Source: Opitutaceae bacterium
GTDB taxonomy: Bacteria; Verrucomicrobiota; Verrucomicrobiia; Opitutales; Coraliomargaritaceae
Assembly (NCBI GenBank): GCA_051252375.1
Contig: JBPOFY010000001.1
Coordinates: forward strand, 224,001-288,000
DNA length: 64,000 nt
Direction: 5' to 3'
Shown piece after piece: positions 50,839-60,992 of this stretch. The first letter of the stretch is position 1. Each line of letters opens with the position of its first letter. The notes under the pieces are model-generated. The model was not told the origin of the DNA, ran no database searches, and worked only from the letters and a program-made list of their open reading frames with translations. Made by a program: the position numbers and the translations under genes.

Positions 50839-51473
50839 TGCTTTTCAAGTCGGATTGAATAGGTTGCACCACGGTGCTTAAAATAAGCGGGGAACCTGAC
50901 TGGATCGCAGACACGTATCAAATCAAATTGATCCGCTATGCTCTTGTTTGGGTCGATTTCACTGTCTGCCGGAGTGCGCTTCGGATAGTAAGTAGGTTCG
51001 ACATTGGAATCTTGAGGCCTGGGGATCACCGTTTCAAAATTCTCAGCGGCAAAATCCATGAGCAGGCATTCAGCTTCGAAAAGCTGAGCGTTAATCTCAT
51101 CCCACAATGCATCTTGAGGAACAGACACCTCCACTTGATGCCAGATATCGCCACTATCTACCTTGTCTTCGGCCTCAAGCAAAGTCACGGTAAAGTGGCC
51201 CAATCCCTGCACGATTTTCCAGATATGGGGACTCCACCCGCGCCCTTGCGGGAGATCACTTGCATGTATTACCAGAACCTTAGTGAACTTCTCTCGGTCT
51301 TCCTTTCTCACAATTTCGTTGCAGGAGATGAGGAACAGCAAGTCGCCCCCCTTCAAATCTTTTCGCCGGCGAAACAGCTCAATATTATAATTGGCGCGGT
51401 GCCGATCTACCCAGTCCGACAAATATTCGTTTACCGGATGCTTTTCGTCACTACAGAGTATTGTAATTTTCAT
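50835..51473 (-). CDS. Formyltransferase-family protein
   Basis: IHASDLPQGRGWSP, VDSGDI and YPKRTP; sits between pseG and pseI. Confidence 0.78.
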   Translation of the reverse strand: MKITILCSDEKHPVNEYLSDWVDRHRANYNIELFRRRKDLKGGDLLFLISCNEIVRKEDREKFTKVLVIHASDLPQGRGWSPHIWKIVQGLGHFTVTLLEAEDKVDSGDIWHQVEVSVPQDALWDEINAQLFEAECLLMDFAAENFETVIPRPQDSNVEPTYYPKRTPADSEIDPNKSIADQFDLIRVCDPVRFPAYFKHRGATYSIRLEKQ

Positions 51474-51489
51474 GGCTATTGAGTGGTTC

Positions 51490-52563
51490 TTATACGGGAT
51501 TGATTGTGGAAACACTCATAGTTCGGCACACTCGGATGGCACCTTGCCCATCGACAATCGAGCGTGACGGCTCTGAATCAGTGCCAGATTTTCGATGCAA
51601 CCAAGAGCCGAGTTGGCAACTCCACTCTTCACATTGAGCATCACTATTCCGACCGAGATCGATCGCATAGCCAGCTTCGACAAGCCCGCGCGCAATGAGC
51701 TCCTGATTTTCTGCCAAGGTGACCACTGCACCTGGCAAACCAAACAAGACCCACTCGTAACAGGTACTCCCACCGGCAGAAATGACACCCTCAGCCCATT
51801 GATAACAGGCGACCATATCACTGACATTCGAAAGCAACTCAATGGAGTGGCGTGAACGTTCGGCTTGTGCATCCAGTAAAGTCCTATGCCCGTTGCCAGG
51901 TCCGATGATCACGCGAATAGCGATAGATTCCCCGTCAATGTCTTCCAGTGCATCCAAGACCTTGCCAGTAACATTGTCGTAATCCACCCCACCCAAGGTC
52001 ACCAATAGCTGACGAATCGGCCCTCTGTGCGTCATCGTATCTATGGATTTTGCCAACTGCCGGAAGTCGCGCCGTAACATCACATAATCCAAACCGAGCA
52101 GGCATTGCCCTGCTGATACCTCGTTGTCATAGATCCGGCTTTCACTTCCGATATTCTGATTCAAAATCAGATCTGCACACCAACGGTCGGAATAACCATG
52201 ATCGTCCATGACCATGACTTTACTACGACCCTCTTGCATGGCGCGCTGGAATTTCAAACTAAACTGGTAGCCGTCTAGCACCACCCAATCAGAATGCGTC
52301 TGCGTTGCGATTTGTAGTGTATGCACTGCGTCATCTTCCGAGCCAGACTCTACATCCTGAAACAAATGGATACCAAAACCCTCCTGCTCAAGGCGTGCCT
52401 GCAGAGCCTGAGGACAGGAACAACATACAAAGTGCACTTCGCCCCCTTCATCCTGCCAAGCCTGAGCCAAAGCGATCATCCGCATAACGTGCCCCGCACC
52501 CATGGCGCCCCCGGCGTCTGCTCGGATCAACAAGATGGGAACTCCCATCGGGCTATCTACCAT
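51490..52563 (-). CDS. pseG: PseG-like UDP-sugar hydrolase
   Basis: IRAD, GAGHVMR, LDGY, DLILNQN, TLGGVD, SAGGST and AENQ. Confidence 0.88.
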   Translation of the reverse strand: MVDSPMGVPILLIRADAGGAMGAGHVMRMIALAQAWQDEGGEVHFVCCSCPQALQARLEQEGFGIHLFQDVESGSEDDAVHTLQIATQTHSDWVVLDGYQFSLKFQRAMQEGRSKVMVMDDHGYSDRWCADLILNQNIGSESRIYDNEVSAGQCLLGLDYVMLRRDFRQLAKSIDTMTHRGPIRQLLVTLGGVDYDNVTGKVLDALEDIDGESIAIRVIIGPGNGHRTLLDAQAERSRHSIELLSNVSDMVACYQWAEGVISAGGSTCYEWVLFGLPGAVVTLAENQELIARGLVEAGYAIDLGRNSDAQCEEWSCQLGSWLHRKSGTDSEPSRSIVDGQGAIRVCRTMSVSTINPV

Positions 52564-53336
52564 GCCGTCCAACCTCCATCAACACACAGAGTCGTTCCCG
52601 TAACATAACTCGAGGCGTCACTTGCAAGGAATACCGCTGGCCCCGCAATTTCATCCGCACGCCCCGTTCGACCCAACGGCACGCGCTCCGCCAAGCGTTC
52701 AATAAAATCAGGATTGGTCTCCCCCACTGTCGGAGCAGGGAACGGCCCTGGGCAGAGCGCGTTGACTCGAATATTATCCTTCGCCAATTCGCAAGCAAGG
52801 TAACGAGTCAACTGAATCAAAGCCGCCTTAGCAGCTCCGTAAAAGGGTGGATTAGTCGATTCAGAATTATCGTAAACTCTGGGATCCGGACTGACTAAAC
52901 CATACATCGAAGCGATATTGATCACTGAGGCTCCAGACGAAGCGGAGCGAAGCAGTGGCAGCGCGGAACGAACGAGATCTGCTGCGGCAGTGACACCGAT
53001 GCGGTATGATTCTGTGAAATCAGAATTGGAAGAGTTCTCCAGCGTCCCCCCTTTACCATGATAGGCATTATTTACTAAAACATCGAGACACCCATGTGCG
53101 GCTTCAATTTCACTAAGTGCCACTTTGCTAGCTTCGCTGTCAGACACATCAAATGGTAAAACCGAACTTTGGCCGCCCGATGCTGCGATCTCATCGTGCA
53201 ATGCCGACAGAGCCTCTCGATTGCGCCCGTTAAGATAAACAAAGCCACCTGCGGCGGCGAAACCTTTAGCCATGGCGGAACCGAGGTATCCACCCGCGCC
53301 GGTTATTAATATCGTTTTGCCTTTCAGGTTCTGCAT
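52557..53336 (-). CDS. SDR oxidoreductase (PtmA-like)
   Basis: TGAGGYLG, NNAY, ASMYG, YGAAK and VDGGWTAW. Confidence 0.88.
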   Translation of the reverse strand: MQNLKGKTILITGAGGYLGSAMAKGFAAAGGFVYLNGRNREALSALHDEIAASGGQSSVLPFDVSDSEASKVALSEIEAAHGCLDVLVNNAYHGKGGTLENSSNSDFTESYRIGVTAAADLVRSALPLLRSASSGASVINIASMYGLVSPDPRVYDNSESTNPPFYGAAKAALIQLTRYLACELAKDNIRVNALCPGPFPAPTVGETNPDFIERLAERVPLGRTGRADEIAGPAVFLASDASSYVTGTTLCVDGGWTAW

Positions 53337-53352
53337 GAGAAGTCAGATTACA

Positions 53353-55008
53353 TTAATTCCACTGGCTGGGATCAAGCAACCATTCGGGTGCATCTTTAAA
53401 GCTGTCATCGACCATCTCCAGTTCGGCTCGAGTCAATTCGGGCAGACGGCTGAGTTTCAAGTTCTCTTCAAGCTGTTTGACCGTCTCGACTCCGATCACG
53501 ATAGAATCGACCAATGGAGAAGCCATCAGGTAGGCGATGCAGAGATCCGCCCGGCTTTCGCGATTGAGCTGAGTTCGAATTTCTTCAATTCGAACTACCC
53601 ACTCATTAGCATCAAATCCTGAGCGCTGCGGCCAATGCTCAGGATCTGAGACAAGCAAGCCCTGTAAATAGGCACTCCGGCTATAAACCACTGCATCCGG
53701 GCGGGCCGCCTTTGCCGCCGCAAATGCTCCAGAACGCCACCGGTGATCGAGTAAGTTAAAAGGAATCTGTAGGTCGGTGATTAAAGGAACTTTTAGTGCT
53801 TCGATCGCTTCCTCTGGGTGATAAACCGAAGCACCTAAACGACCGATCACACCAGCCTCTTTAAGACCCACCAAAGTTTTCCAAATTAGACCGTCATGCG
53901 CACGATAATGACTCCAACGATGGAGCATTAGTACGGGTATCACTTTTTTCTGTAATGCATGAGCCGAACGAAAAACAGCCGCTTCGACCCACTTCACGAC
54001 CTCCCCACCTGACGCGTCGTCTGCCAAGCCGTCCAACGGATCCAACTTAGTGATCACGGTCGGCTCCGTATAGAGTCCACCCGCAGACAAATGAGCAATT
54101 CGGGACTCGGCATCGCCATATGCACTGGCTGTATCAAAATGAGTAACACCGTAGCGAACAGCCGTATCGAGCAAACGAAACGCCTCTTCATCCGCAGGTT
54201 TTCCGGACTTGTTCACACGCCCATAAGAGGGCAAGCCCAACTGCGCAGTCCCTAAAGTCAATTTCCCTAAGAGGCCCTGTTGGTGAGCTAACCAGGGGAT
54301 CCGAAATGAAGGCGCATTCGCTTCACCTGCGAGTCGCTCACATAAATCAGCCCATGACATCGAGATGGGATCCTTCACTCCCGAGAGTAAGGACAACATG
54401 CGAAAATAGTCAGTCTTGGTATCGATCGTGCAGCGCAGATGAGAGAGACTTGGGCCTTCAAAATGAGCAATTCGAGCCCCATAGGCTCGCTTAATGGCAG
54501 GCGTCACATGCTCCCGATCAAAAGCTGATAAATCATCTGCGACAGCGCGTAATGCGTTGACCCGAAAAACCTCCGCACTGAGTCCATAGGGCAAGCCATC
54601 GCCAGGTGACGATGTGCCGAGATAGTCACACCCAGCGTCCTCTGTCTGCTCAACCAAAGCCTGAACAAATGCCCCATCTGGGAAACAGTTATCGCCTGTC
54701 AGGCGAACCACCCAAGCGTCATCCGGCAAGTCTTCCGTTGCCAGTAAGAAGCGTCCAAAAACATCTTCAAGGGAACCGCGAACACAACGAATGCCATGTT
54801 CTTCAGCCGTGTGCGCTAAGATGCCGTCTTCCTCGGTCGTCGAAGTAGCCAGCACCAGTGGTATGCCCGTGTTCGCCGCTCGCAAGGCTGACAGTACTAC
54901 CAGTGGGTAACCCCCGATTGGTAATAGGCATTTACCCGGCAGACGGCTACTGCTCAACCGCGCTTGGAGGACTATGCGAATATTCATTTTGTTCGTATCT
55001 CCACTCAT
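53353..55008 (-). CDS. Fusion of a SpsF/PseF-like cytidylyltransferase and an aldo/keto reductase
   Basis: N-terminal QARLSSSRLPGK, RLTGDN, REHVT and TIDT; C-terminal LGTAQLG, DTASAYG, ITK, GASVY, QIPFN and RSAYLQG. Confidence 0.85.
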   Translation of the reverse strand: MSGDTNKMNIRIVLQARLSSSRLPGKCLLPIGGYPLVVLSALRAANTGIPLVLATSTTEEDGILAHTAEEHGIRCVRGSLEDVFGRFLLATEDLPDDAWVVRLTGDNCFPDGAFVQALVEQTEDAGCDYLGTSSPGDGLPYGLSAEVFRVNALRAVADDLSAFDREHVTPAIKRAYGARIAHFEGPSLSHLRCTIDTKTDYFRMLSLLSGVKDPISMSWADLCERLAGEANAPSFRIPWLAHQQGLLGKLTLGTAQLGLPSYGRVNKSGKPADEEAFRLLDTAVRYGVTHFDTASAYGDAESRIAHLSAGGLYTEPTVITKLDPLDGLADDASGGEVVKWVEAAVFRSAHALQKKVIPVLMLHRWSHYRAHDGLIWKTLVGLKEAGVIGRLGASVYHPEEAIEALKVPLITDLQIPFNLLDHRWRSGAFAAAKAARPDAVVYSRSAYLQGLLVSDPEHWPQRSGFDANEWVVRIEEIRTQLNRESRADLCIAYLMASPLVDSIVIGVETVKQLEENLKLSRLPELTRAELEMVDDSFKDAPEWLLDPSQWN

Positions 55009-56504
55009 GAAATCGGAAGTGATCGAATGCCTAATCGTTTAGCCATCACATTCCAGCCGACGAAAACTAGATCCCGACGGAAAATGATTAACAATAGAAG
55101 CGCAAAGAGACCCGCCAAAGTAGAGCCCAGCAACAGTTCAAAGAACGGTGAGAGCGATAGTAAGTGCGCGCATGAGAAGCCTATGATAAACACGCCTACC
55201 GCTATCAGCCCAGGAAGCATCAATACAGAGAGCTGTTCTCTTCGTTGAACCTTCAGAAGGCGGCGAGGATAGAAAGTGTTGATCCCAAAAGCGACTCCCT
55301 GCAGAGCAAGCTGCCCCCACACCACCGCCATAATGCTGTGTTGAATCGTGACAAATAAAACTCCGAGTGAGAAAACCTTTCTAATAATTTCCAACCGCAA
55401 ATGGAGATCAGCGCGACCAATTGCTTTGATGATACTAATATTAATCGAATGAATCGGATACATCGCACCGGCGATCCACAGGAGTTCAAGGTATGGCGCA
55501 GCATCCAACCATTTCTCTCCGATTAAAAACTCAATCATAGGAGTCGCCAAACCGCCGACAAGAGCCATCGCAGTGAAACTGATCAAGGCCGTGAGCTCAA
55601 GTGACTTCAACATGCCTCGCTTGAGCCGCACAACATCATCTTGAATACTGGCAAAAAGCGGGAAAGTCACTCGACGAATAATAAAGTCAAGGTTGCCGGA
55701 TGCGAGCCCCTTCAAGGATTCGGCTCGCTGATAGAAACCGAGATCCGCTGGTGCATAGACTCGCCCGATAGCCAGCGTGTATATTTGGGCGAACACTTGC
55801 GAAATCAGACCTGACACGGCAAGGCGTGAACCATAAGGAAACATACTCATGAAACTCGCTCGATTGAAAGAGAAACGAGGCCACCATTTGCCGAACGCAA
55901 AGAGTAAGATCAACTCAAACAGTGCCTGTAACAGGTAGTGCGCGATCAAGGCATAAACTCCGTATCCTAGGCAGGCGAGAACGATGGCGATTAAGCCCGA
56001 AAGCACCGCGGCTGGAAACGTTACGTAAAACAAGCGACGGAACGCCAGTTCCCGATTCAGGAGAGCCACCTGCACGCGACTTAAGGAGCGGATGAGCACA
56101 CCAAAAGAAACACAGTAAAGCAATTCAGTCAGCGCAGGTTGTCGGTAAAACTCACTGATCCATGGTGCCGCGACAATCAGCACGGCTGTAAATGCCAGAC
56201 CCAACAAGACATTCATAATGAAGGCCGTGTTTAAGTCATCGTCGTTGACCTCCTTTTTCTGTATCAGTGCGGCACTAAGGCCGAAGTCTGTGAATCCAAT
56301 CGCAACGGAGACAAAAACCAGAACCATTGCCAGTAACCCGAAATCCTCAGGCAACAACAATCTTGCCAATACAATTTGGATTCCAAACCGAGTCAAACTC
56401 TGCCCGATACGGTCGATCGCACTCCACTTAACACCCTTTAGTGCCTTATTACCCAGCCCCTCCTCTGGCTCTGCTGGCTTCGGCGGTGAATTAGTTTCGC
56501 TCAT
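55005..56504 (-). CDS. wzx: Wzx flippase
   Basis: WSAI, LARLLLPEDFG, ALIQ, GFYQRA and GEKW; polytopic. Confidence 0.9.
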   Translation of the reverse strand: MSETNSPPKPAEPEEGLGNKALKGVKWSAIDRIGQSLTRFGIQIVLARLLLPEDFGLLAMVLVFVSVAIGFTDFGLSAALIQKKEVNDDDLNTAFIMNVLLGLAFTAVLIVAAPWISEFYRQPALTELLYCVSFGVLIRSLSRVQVALLNRELAFRRLFYVTFPAAVLSGLIAIVLACLGYGVYALIAHYLLQALFELILLFAFGKWWPRFSFNRASFMSMFPYGSRLAVSGLISQVFAQIYTLAIGRVYAPADLGFYQRAESLKGLASGNLDFIIRRVTFPLFASIQDDVVRLKRGMLKSLELTALISFTAMALVGGLATPMIEFLIGEKWLDAAPYLELLWIAGAMYPIHSINISIIKAIGRADLHLRLEIIRKVFSLGVLFVTIQHSIMAVVWGQLALQGVAFGINTFYPRRLLKVQRREQLSVLMLPGLIAVGVFIIGFSCAHLLSLSPFFELLLGSTLAGLFALLLLIIFRRDLVFVGWNVMAKRLGIRSLPIS

Positions 56505-56601
56505 CGAAATTCGTAAAAATTAGTGGCTCCTCTGGCACACTAGCAGACAGAAGTTTCCATCTCGTCAGCGGGAAACCCACGGGGTTTCAGAGCACAAAAA
56601 A

Positions 56602-57594
56602 TCATCGGCGCAGCAGGCCTTTCAGCCCACCCTTATTCCTGAGAAATATCTGCCAGGTGCTTACAGGATGCGCGATCGCGATCTTCAGTGCATCAAAGTG
56701 TTTCTTATCTGCAGATAGACGTCGCAAGCGAGCGTAGCGGTATTCAGAGAGTGCGACTGGCTTCAGCGGCTCGGGGATGACTCCTAGCAGCGCTTCAAAA
56801 TAACGCTCCTGCCTTTCCTTCCACCCTTTCTTATTGGTTTGGCCAGACCATATCCCCTTACCAGTAACTCGGTAAACACCGCAAACAGCTGGCAATACGC
56901 GGCACAAACCGCCGCCCATCGTTTCACTAATGCATCGAGTACGATCCCCATAAATAAAACCCATACCCCACCATATCTTTTCCAAGCCGCCTGTCCGATA
57001 CATCACCGTACAAGTATTTAAGGCACTCCACCGTATAAAATCTTCACAGCTATAGTATTCTTTCTTCCCCGCAGCCCCAACCATATCAACGCCCATGCCC
57101 GACGTTTCTTTCTTAACGAGGCAACGTGTCCCGCAGAGAGAAATACGCGAATCTGACTCCATAGCGTCGACCTGCATTTGTAGCTTTCTCTGATCGATCC
57201 AGTAATCATCCCCCTCGCAAGTCGCTATGTATTTCCCGCGACACTGGTACTTCGTGTAGATCCCTTGAAAACGGCCAGTCGGAACACCATCAATTTTAAT
57301 ATTATTTTCTCGGCTGTGTAGGAACAAACGCACCCTCTCCGGATAACGTTCTGCAAACTCTATACAGATCTCCCGAGTCCCATCGTCGGAAGCGTCCTCA
57401 CCGACACAGACTTCAAATGGGAAATCCGTGATTTGGTTCACCACAGATTCTAGGCACTGCCGAATATAAGACGCATGGCGATAAGTGCTTATAACACAGG
57501 AAACCATAGGCTCAGGAGACGTCTCAATCACCTGATTCGGGTACTCTTCAACGGGTATTTTTTGATACTTCTCTATAAATTCTGGATATTCCAT
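56602..57594 (-). CDS. GT2 glycosyltransferase
   Basis: VSCVISTY, EDASDDGT, YIATCEGDDYW and KLQMQV. Confidence 0.88.
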   Translation of the reverse strand: MEYPEFIEKYQKIPVEEYPNQVIETSPEPMVSCVISTYRHASYIRQCLESVVNQITDFPFEVCVGEDASDDGTREICIEFAERYPERVRLFLHSRENNIKIDGVPTGRFQGIYTKYQCRGKYIATCEGDDYWIDQRKLQMQVDAMESDSRISLCGTRCLVKKETSGMGVDMVGAAGKKEYYSCEDFIRWSALNTCTVMYRTGGLEKIWWGMGFIYGDRTRCISETMGGGLCRVLPAVCGVYRVTGKGIWSGQTNKKGWKERQERYFEALLGVIPEPLKPVALSEYRYARLRRLSADKKHFDALKIAIAHPVSTWQIFLRNKGGLKGLLRR

Positions 57595-57688
57595 CACGTA
57601 TTTTTTTTATATTTCTTCTGCAAGGATTGTGGGAGAAACTGATTTCATTAAGAAATGAGGCCTATTCAATAATCGTCCCATCTAAGAA

Positions 57689-58396
57689 CTACCCGAAAGT
57701 CTTTTTAGCGATCTCATAGTCTTCCGCGAAGTCGACTTCGACGAAGTCTTCTGCACCAATATCAAACGTCTGCACATCCTTGCCTGAATCAATCGCAATC
57801 TGAACGACCGATTCCATATATTGGTGCAGACCCTCAGCCTCGAAAATCTCTTGGGAAACTTGCTTTAAGTATGGTAGAATACTTAATTTGAATTTCGCGA
57901 TTCCAAGGAACTCACCATCGGCCTCACTTCCTTCCATTTCCTTAGTGATCAGTTCAAGTCGACCATCTTCCGAATGCTTCACTTTCATCTCTTCTTCTCC
58001 ACAGGGCTTAGCTTGATACGGAAGGACAATATCTCCATCTTCCTTCACGAGTTGTTTCCATCCACCCATACCAACTAAGGTGTCGGCATGTAGAAACAAG
58101 AAGTCATCTTTAACATGCGGAAGTGCCATGTATAGAGAGCCTAAGACATTGCAGACATTCCAAAATGGATTAAACACACAGGTCACATTATCCATTGTTG
58201 ATACGTGATGCATAATCTTCTTAGCAGAAAATCCCGTGACAATATATATGTGATCAACTGCCAATTCATTCAGAATCCCTAAGTTGTAATCCAACAAAGT
58301 GATTTCGTCATTCAATGGAAGTAGCGACTTTGGTAAATCTTCCGTATGCGCCCCTAAGCGACTCCCTTTTCCTGCTGCTAATATTACACCGATCAT
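57689..58396 (-). CDS. LicC/PntC-like cytidylyltransferase (NTP transferase)
   Basis: ILAAGKGSRL, PKSL, EEMKV, GEFLGI and EVDF. Confidence 0.85.
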   Translation of the reverse strand: MIGVILAAGKGSRLGAHTEDLPKSLLPLNDEITLLDYNLGILNELAVDHIYIVTGFSAKKIMHHVSTMDNVTCVFNPFWNVCNVLGSLYMALPHVKDDFLFLHADTLVGMGGWKQLVKEDGDIVLPYQAKPCGEEEMKVKHSEDGRLELITKEMEGSEADGEFLGIAKFKLSILPYLKQVSQEIFEAEGLHQYMESVVQIAIDSGKDVQTFDIGAEDFVEVDFAEDYEIAKKTFG

Positions 58397-59472
58397 AATG
58401 AACCTTTCATAATTTGTTTTAATGTTTCTGCAGACTCATAGCATGGATCTGCATCTAAAATACCTACGACACCCTCTAATAACGTATTGATGTCAGTTTC
58501 TTTGAGTCCGAAATCGCCAGCTCGATAATCAATATCGAGGATCTTCTTCAACGCCTCGATCTTTTTCACTAGCTCATCTTGCCCCGCACCGAGGCCCTTA
58601 GCCAATGCAGCAAAGGCATCCGTTTTAGAAATTAATGGCAACCACCCACGATAAAGCATAATTAAGCCCTGTGCATGCGATGTCTCAGTAAACGGCCCCA
58701 AGACATACTGCAAACGATGCGGCAAACAAGTGGAACTCATTGCCAGATTAATGCCCATGAGTGCTGAAGCCAACGCCATCTGTTCCAAACTGTGATCGTC
58801 TCCCTTGCACGCTTTCTCCAAATGTGCCAACACAGTCTGAACTGCCATGGTTGATTGATAGCGAACCATGGGCGTCGATTTAGTCGAAAGATATGTTTCG
58901 ATGGCATGCGTTAAACAATCAAAGCCACATTCTGCAATGAGTCGCACTGGAGCCGCACGATAAACCGCGAGGTCAATACAAACATGATCTGGCTGCAAGA
59001 TTGGCCCGCGCAGACCGCCTTTAAACTTCTCCGCTTCATCAAATAGAATCGCACCATAAGACAATTCTGCCCCACTACCTGCTGTAGAGGGAACCGCCAA
59101 CACGGGAATCTTAGTGTCACCGATACCTTTGTTCTTATAGAACAACTCTCTGATCGTACTCCCCTGCCATGCGACCGACAATGCTTTCGATGAATCTAAG
59201 ACCGAACCACCACCAATCGCGATAATCAGATCAGGCTTATCACTATCAGAGCAGAGTCTATCCAGAGACTCAATCGGTGCGTCCGGCTTTACGGAGTCAT
59301 GAATATCGAGGGAGTATGCCTTCTTCAACTCAACGACTAATTCCTGGACAACTGGAATACGAACCACAGATGGACTGCTTACTAATAATATCCGTTGAGG
59401 CGACCAACGCTTAAGTTGGTCCAATATACGAATAGTCGATTCGACCGAAATTTTTGAACTAATATGATACAT
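58393..59472 (-). CDS. Iron-containing alcohol/polyol dehydrogenase
   Basis: GGGSVLD, PSTAGSGAE and metal ligands in DCLTH, PH and SH. Confidence 0.88.
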   Translation of the reverse strand: MYHISSKISVESTIRILDQLKRWSPQRILLVSSPSVVRIPVVQELVVELKKAYSLDIHDSVKPDAPIESLDRLCSDSDKPDLIIAIGGGSVLDSSKALSVAWQGSTIRELFYKNKGIGDTKIPVLAVPSTAGSGAELSYGAILFDEAEKFKGGLRGPILQPDHVCIDLAVYRAAPVRLIAECGFDCLTHAIETYLSTKSTPMVRYQSTMAVQTVLAHLEKACKGDDHSLEQMALASALMGINLAMSSTCLPHRLQYVLGPFTETSHAQGLIMLYRGWLPLISKTDAFAALAKGLGAGQDELVKKIEALKKILDIDYRAGDFGLKETDINTLLEGVVGILDADPCYESAETLKQIMKGSL

Positions 59473-59474
59473 GT

Positions 59475-60989
59475 TTATAAATTCTGCATAATTTCCTTAG
59501 AGTGTTTCCCCTGCAGCTCTTTGATGCGCTTATGCTGATCATACAAACCACTCAAGCTCTGATTGATCTCTTTAAAGAGTGAGAAGTATTCCCGATAAAT
59601 CTTATGATTTTTCTCGGAAGGTTGTATGACCATTCGAATCTTTACTACAGCAGCGGAGGCCTCACTTAAGCTGCTGTATTTACCATCAGCGATCGCTACC
59701 AATATAAATGCTCCAATGGATGTACTTTCGAAATTCTCCACAACATTGACCGGCTTCAAGCTCACATCGGCTTTGATCTGGCTGATTAAGTCGAATCGAG
59801 CCAAACCACCGCTCACGGTCAAAGAATTAACTGGACAACCTCGACCCTCAATCAGTTGGATTAGATCATTGGTAACATACGCAGTGGACTCGAATACTGC
59901 GCGACTGAAGTCATTTTGATTACTCGTGCGTGTCACACCAAAGAAACTCGCTGTCGCATTATAACTAACAAAGGGTGCGCGCTCTCCAAGTAAGTATGGC
60001 AGAAAAACAATGCCTCCTGCCCCCGGACTAGAAGCTTGCGCTTGGTCATTCATCATAGAATAGACCTCTTCCTTTCGCTCAGGGAAAAAAGCCTGCTTAT
60101 ACCACTCAATGATACCTCCTCCCATGTTGTTGGAAGAACCCACTAGATATTTATCCAAAAAAGAAAGCGACTGAGACAATAGTGGCGTATCGCCGGCATC
60201 AACTGCATGTTCACCGACTAGTCGCACTGAAGTCACAGTCCCAGAAACATCACACGCATTGTCCGGTGCTCCATTGGTCGAACCAATGACCGCGCAAATC
60301 GCATCATAGGTGGATAGGATATACTTACAGTCACGATTCAGTTTAAACTGCTTAATGAGCCCTGCATCCACTTCAAAGGATGAGCCCACTTCATAAACGG
60401 CCGGTAGCGTTTCTACGTTCACACCCAGCGCCTCAATTAACTCAGCATTGTAACGGTCACCATTATAGAATGCCTTCCCCGCATTCAGAGGGTCTGTAAT
60501 AATTTGCTTGGTAAAATAATAATTCAGCACCTCTCCGGCTCCAAACCAATACCTGACTGCTTGGAACTGCTCGGGGGCGTGCTCTTTGAACCAAAGCGCC
60601 TTCGGCAAAACAGACGAAACGGGACAGGCGCCCGCTCCTGAAAGAGTATAGGCAGGATCGTTAATTATCTGCTGCTGAATCAACTTCGCACGGCGATCTG
60701 ACACCATCAAGACTTTAGTCACGGCCTCCATCGATTCGTCGATGCCAACAATACAGGATGAACTCGTCGTGGATGTAATCACTCGAATACTCGAACTCAG
60801 ATCAGTATTGGATGTAATATCACCCAATATTAATACCAATAATTCCATCCACTCTTGAACGTCTTGCTCTACATTATCTTTGAATATCGACGTATGGACT
60901 GGAAAGGCCTTCGCGTAGACCTGCTCCCCGTCTTCGTTAAATACGATTCCACGAATGGACTTGAGACCTAAATTTATAACTAAATACAT
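59475..60989 (-). CDS. FGGY-family carbohydrate kinase
   Basis: EQD, DRRA, PKALW, SGT, FLPYLLGERAP, RAVFES, SGGLAR and QIKADV. Confidence 0.85.
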   Translation of the reverse strand: MYLVINLGLKSIRGIVFNEDGEQVYAKAFPVHTSIFKDNVEQDVQEWMELLVLILGDITSNTDLSSSIRVITSTTSSSCIVGIDESMEAVTKVLMVSDRRAKLIQQQIINDPAYTLSGAGACPVSSVLPKALWFKEHAPEQFQAVRYWFGAGEVLNYYFTKQIITDPLNAGKAFYNGDRYNAELIEALGVNVETLPAVYEVGSSFEVDAGLIKQFKLNRDCKYILSTYDAICAVIGSTNGAPDNACDVSGTVTSVRLVGEHAVDAGDTPLLSQSLSFLDKYLVGSSNNMGGGIIEWYKQAFFPERKEEVYSMMNDQAQASSPGAGGIVFLPYLLGERAPFVSYNATASFFGVTRTSNQNDFSRAVFESTAYVTNDLIQLIEGRGCPVNSLTVSGGLARFDLISQIKADVSLKPVNVVENFESTSIGAFILVAIADGKYSSLSEASAAVVKIRMVIQPSEKNHKIYREYFSLFKEINQSLSGLYDQHKRIKELQGKHSKEIMQNL

Positions 60990-60992
60990 GGC

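Noticed and set aside
57689..59472. Phosphonate biosynthesis (PntC-like cytidylyltransferase plus Fe-ADH)
   Set aside because: No PEP mutase or phosphonopyruvate decarboxylase is in the window, and the coupled aldolase and kinase point to sugar/polyol chemistry. It cannot be excluded if pepM lies beyond the edge.
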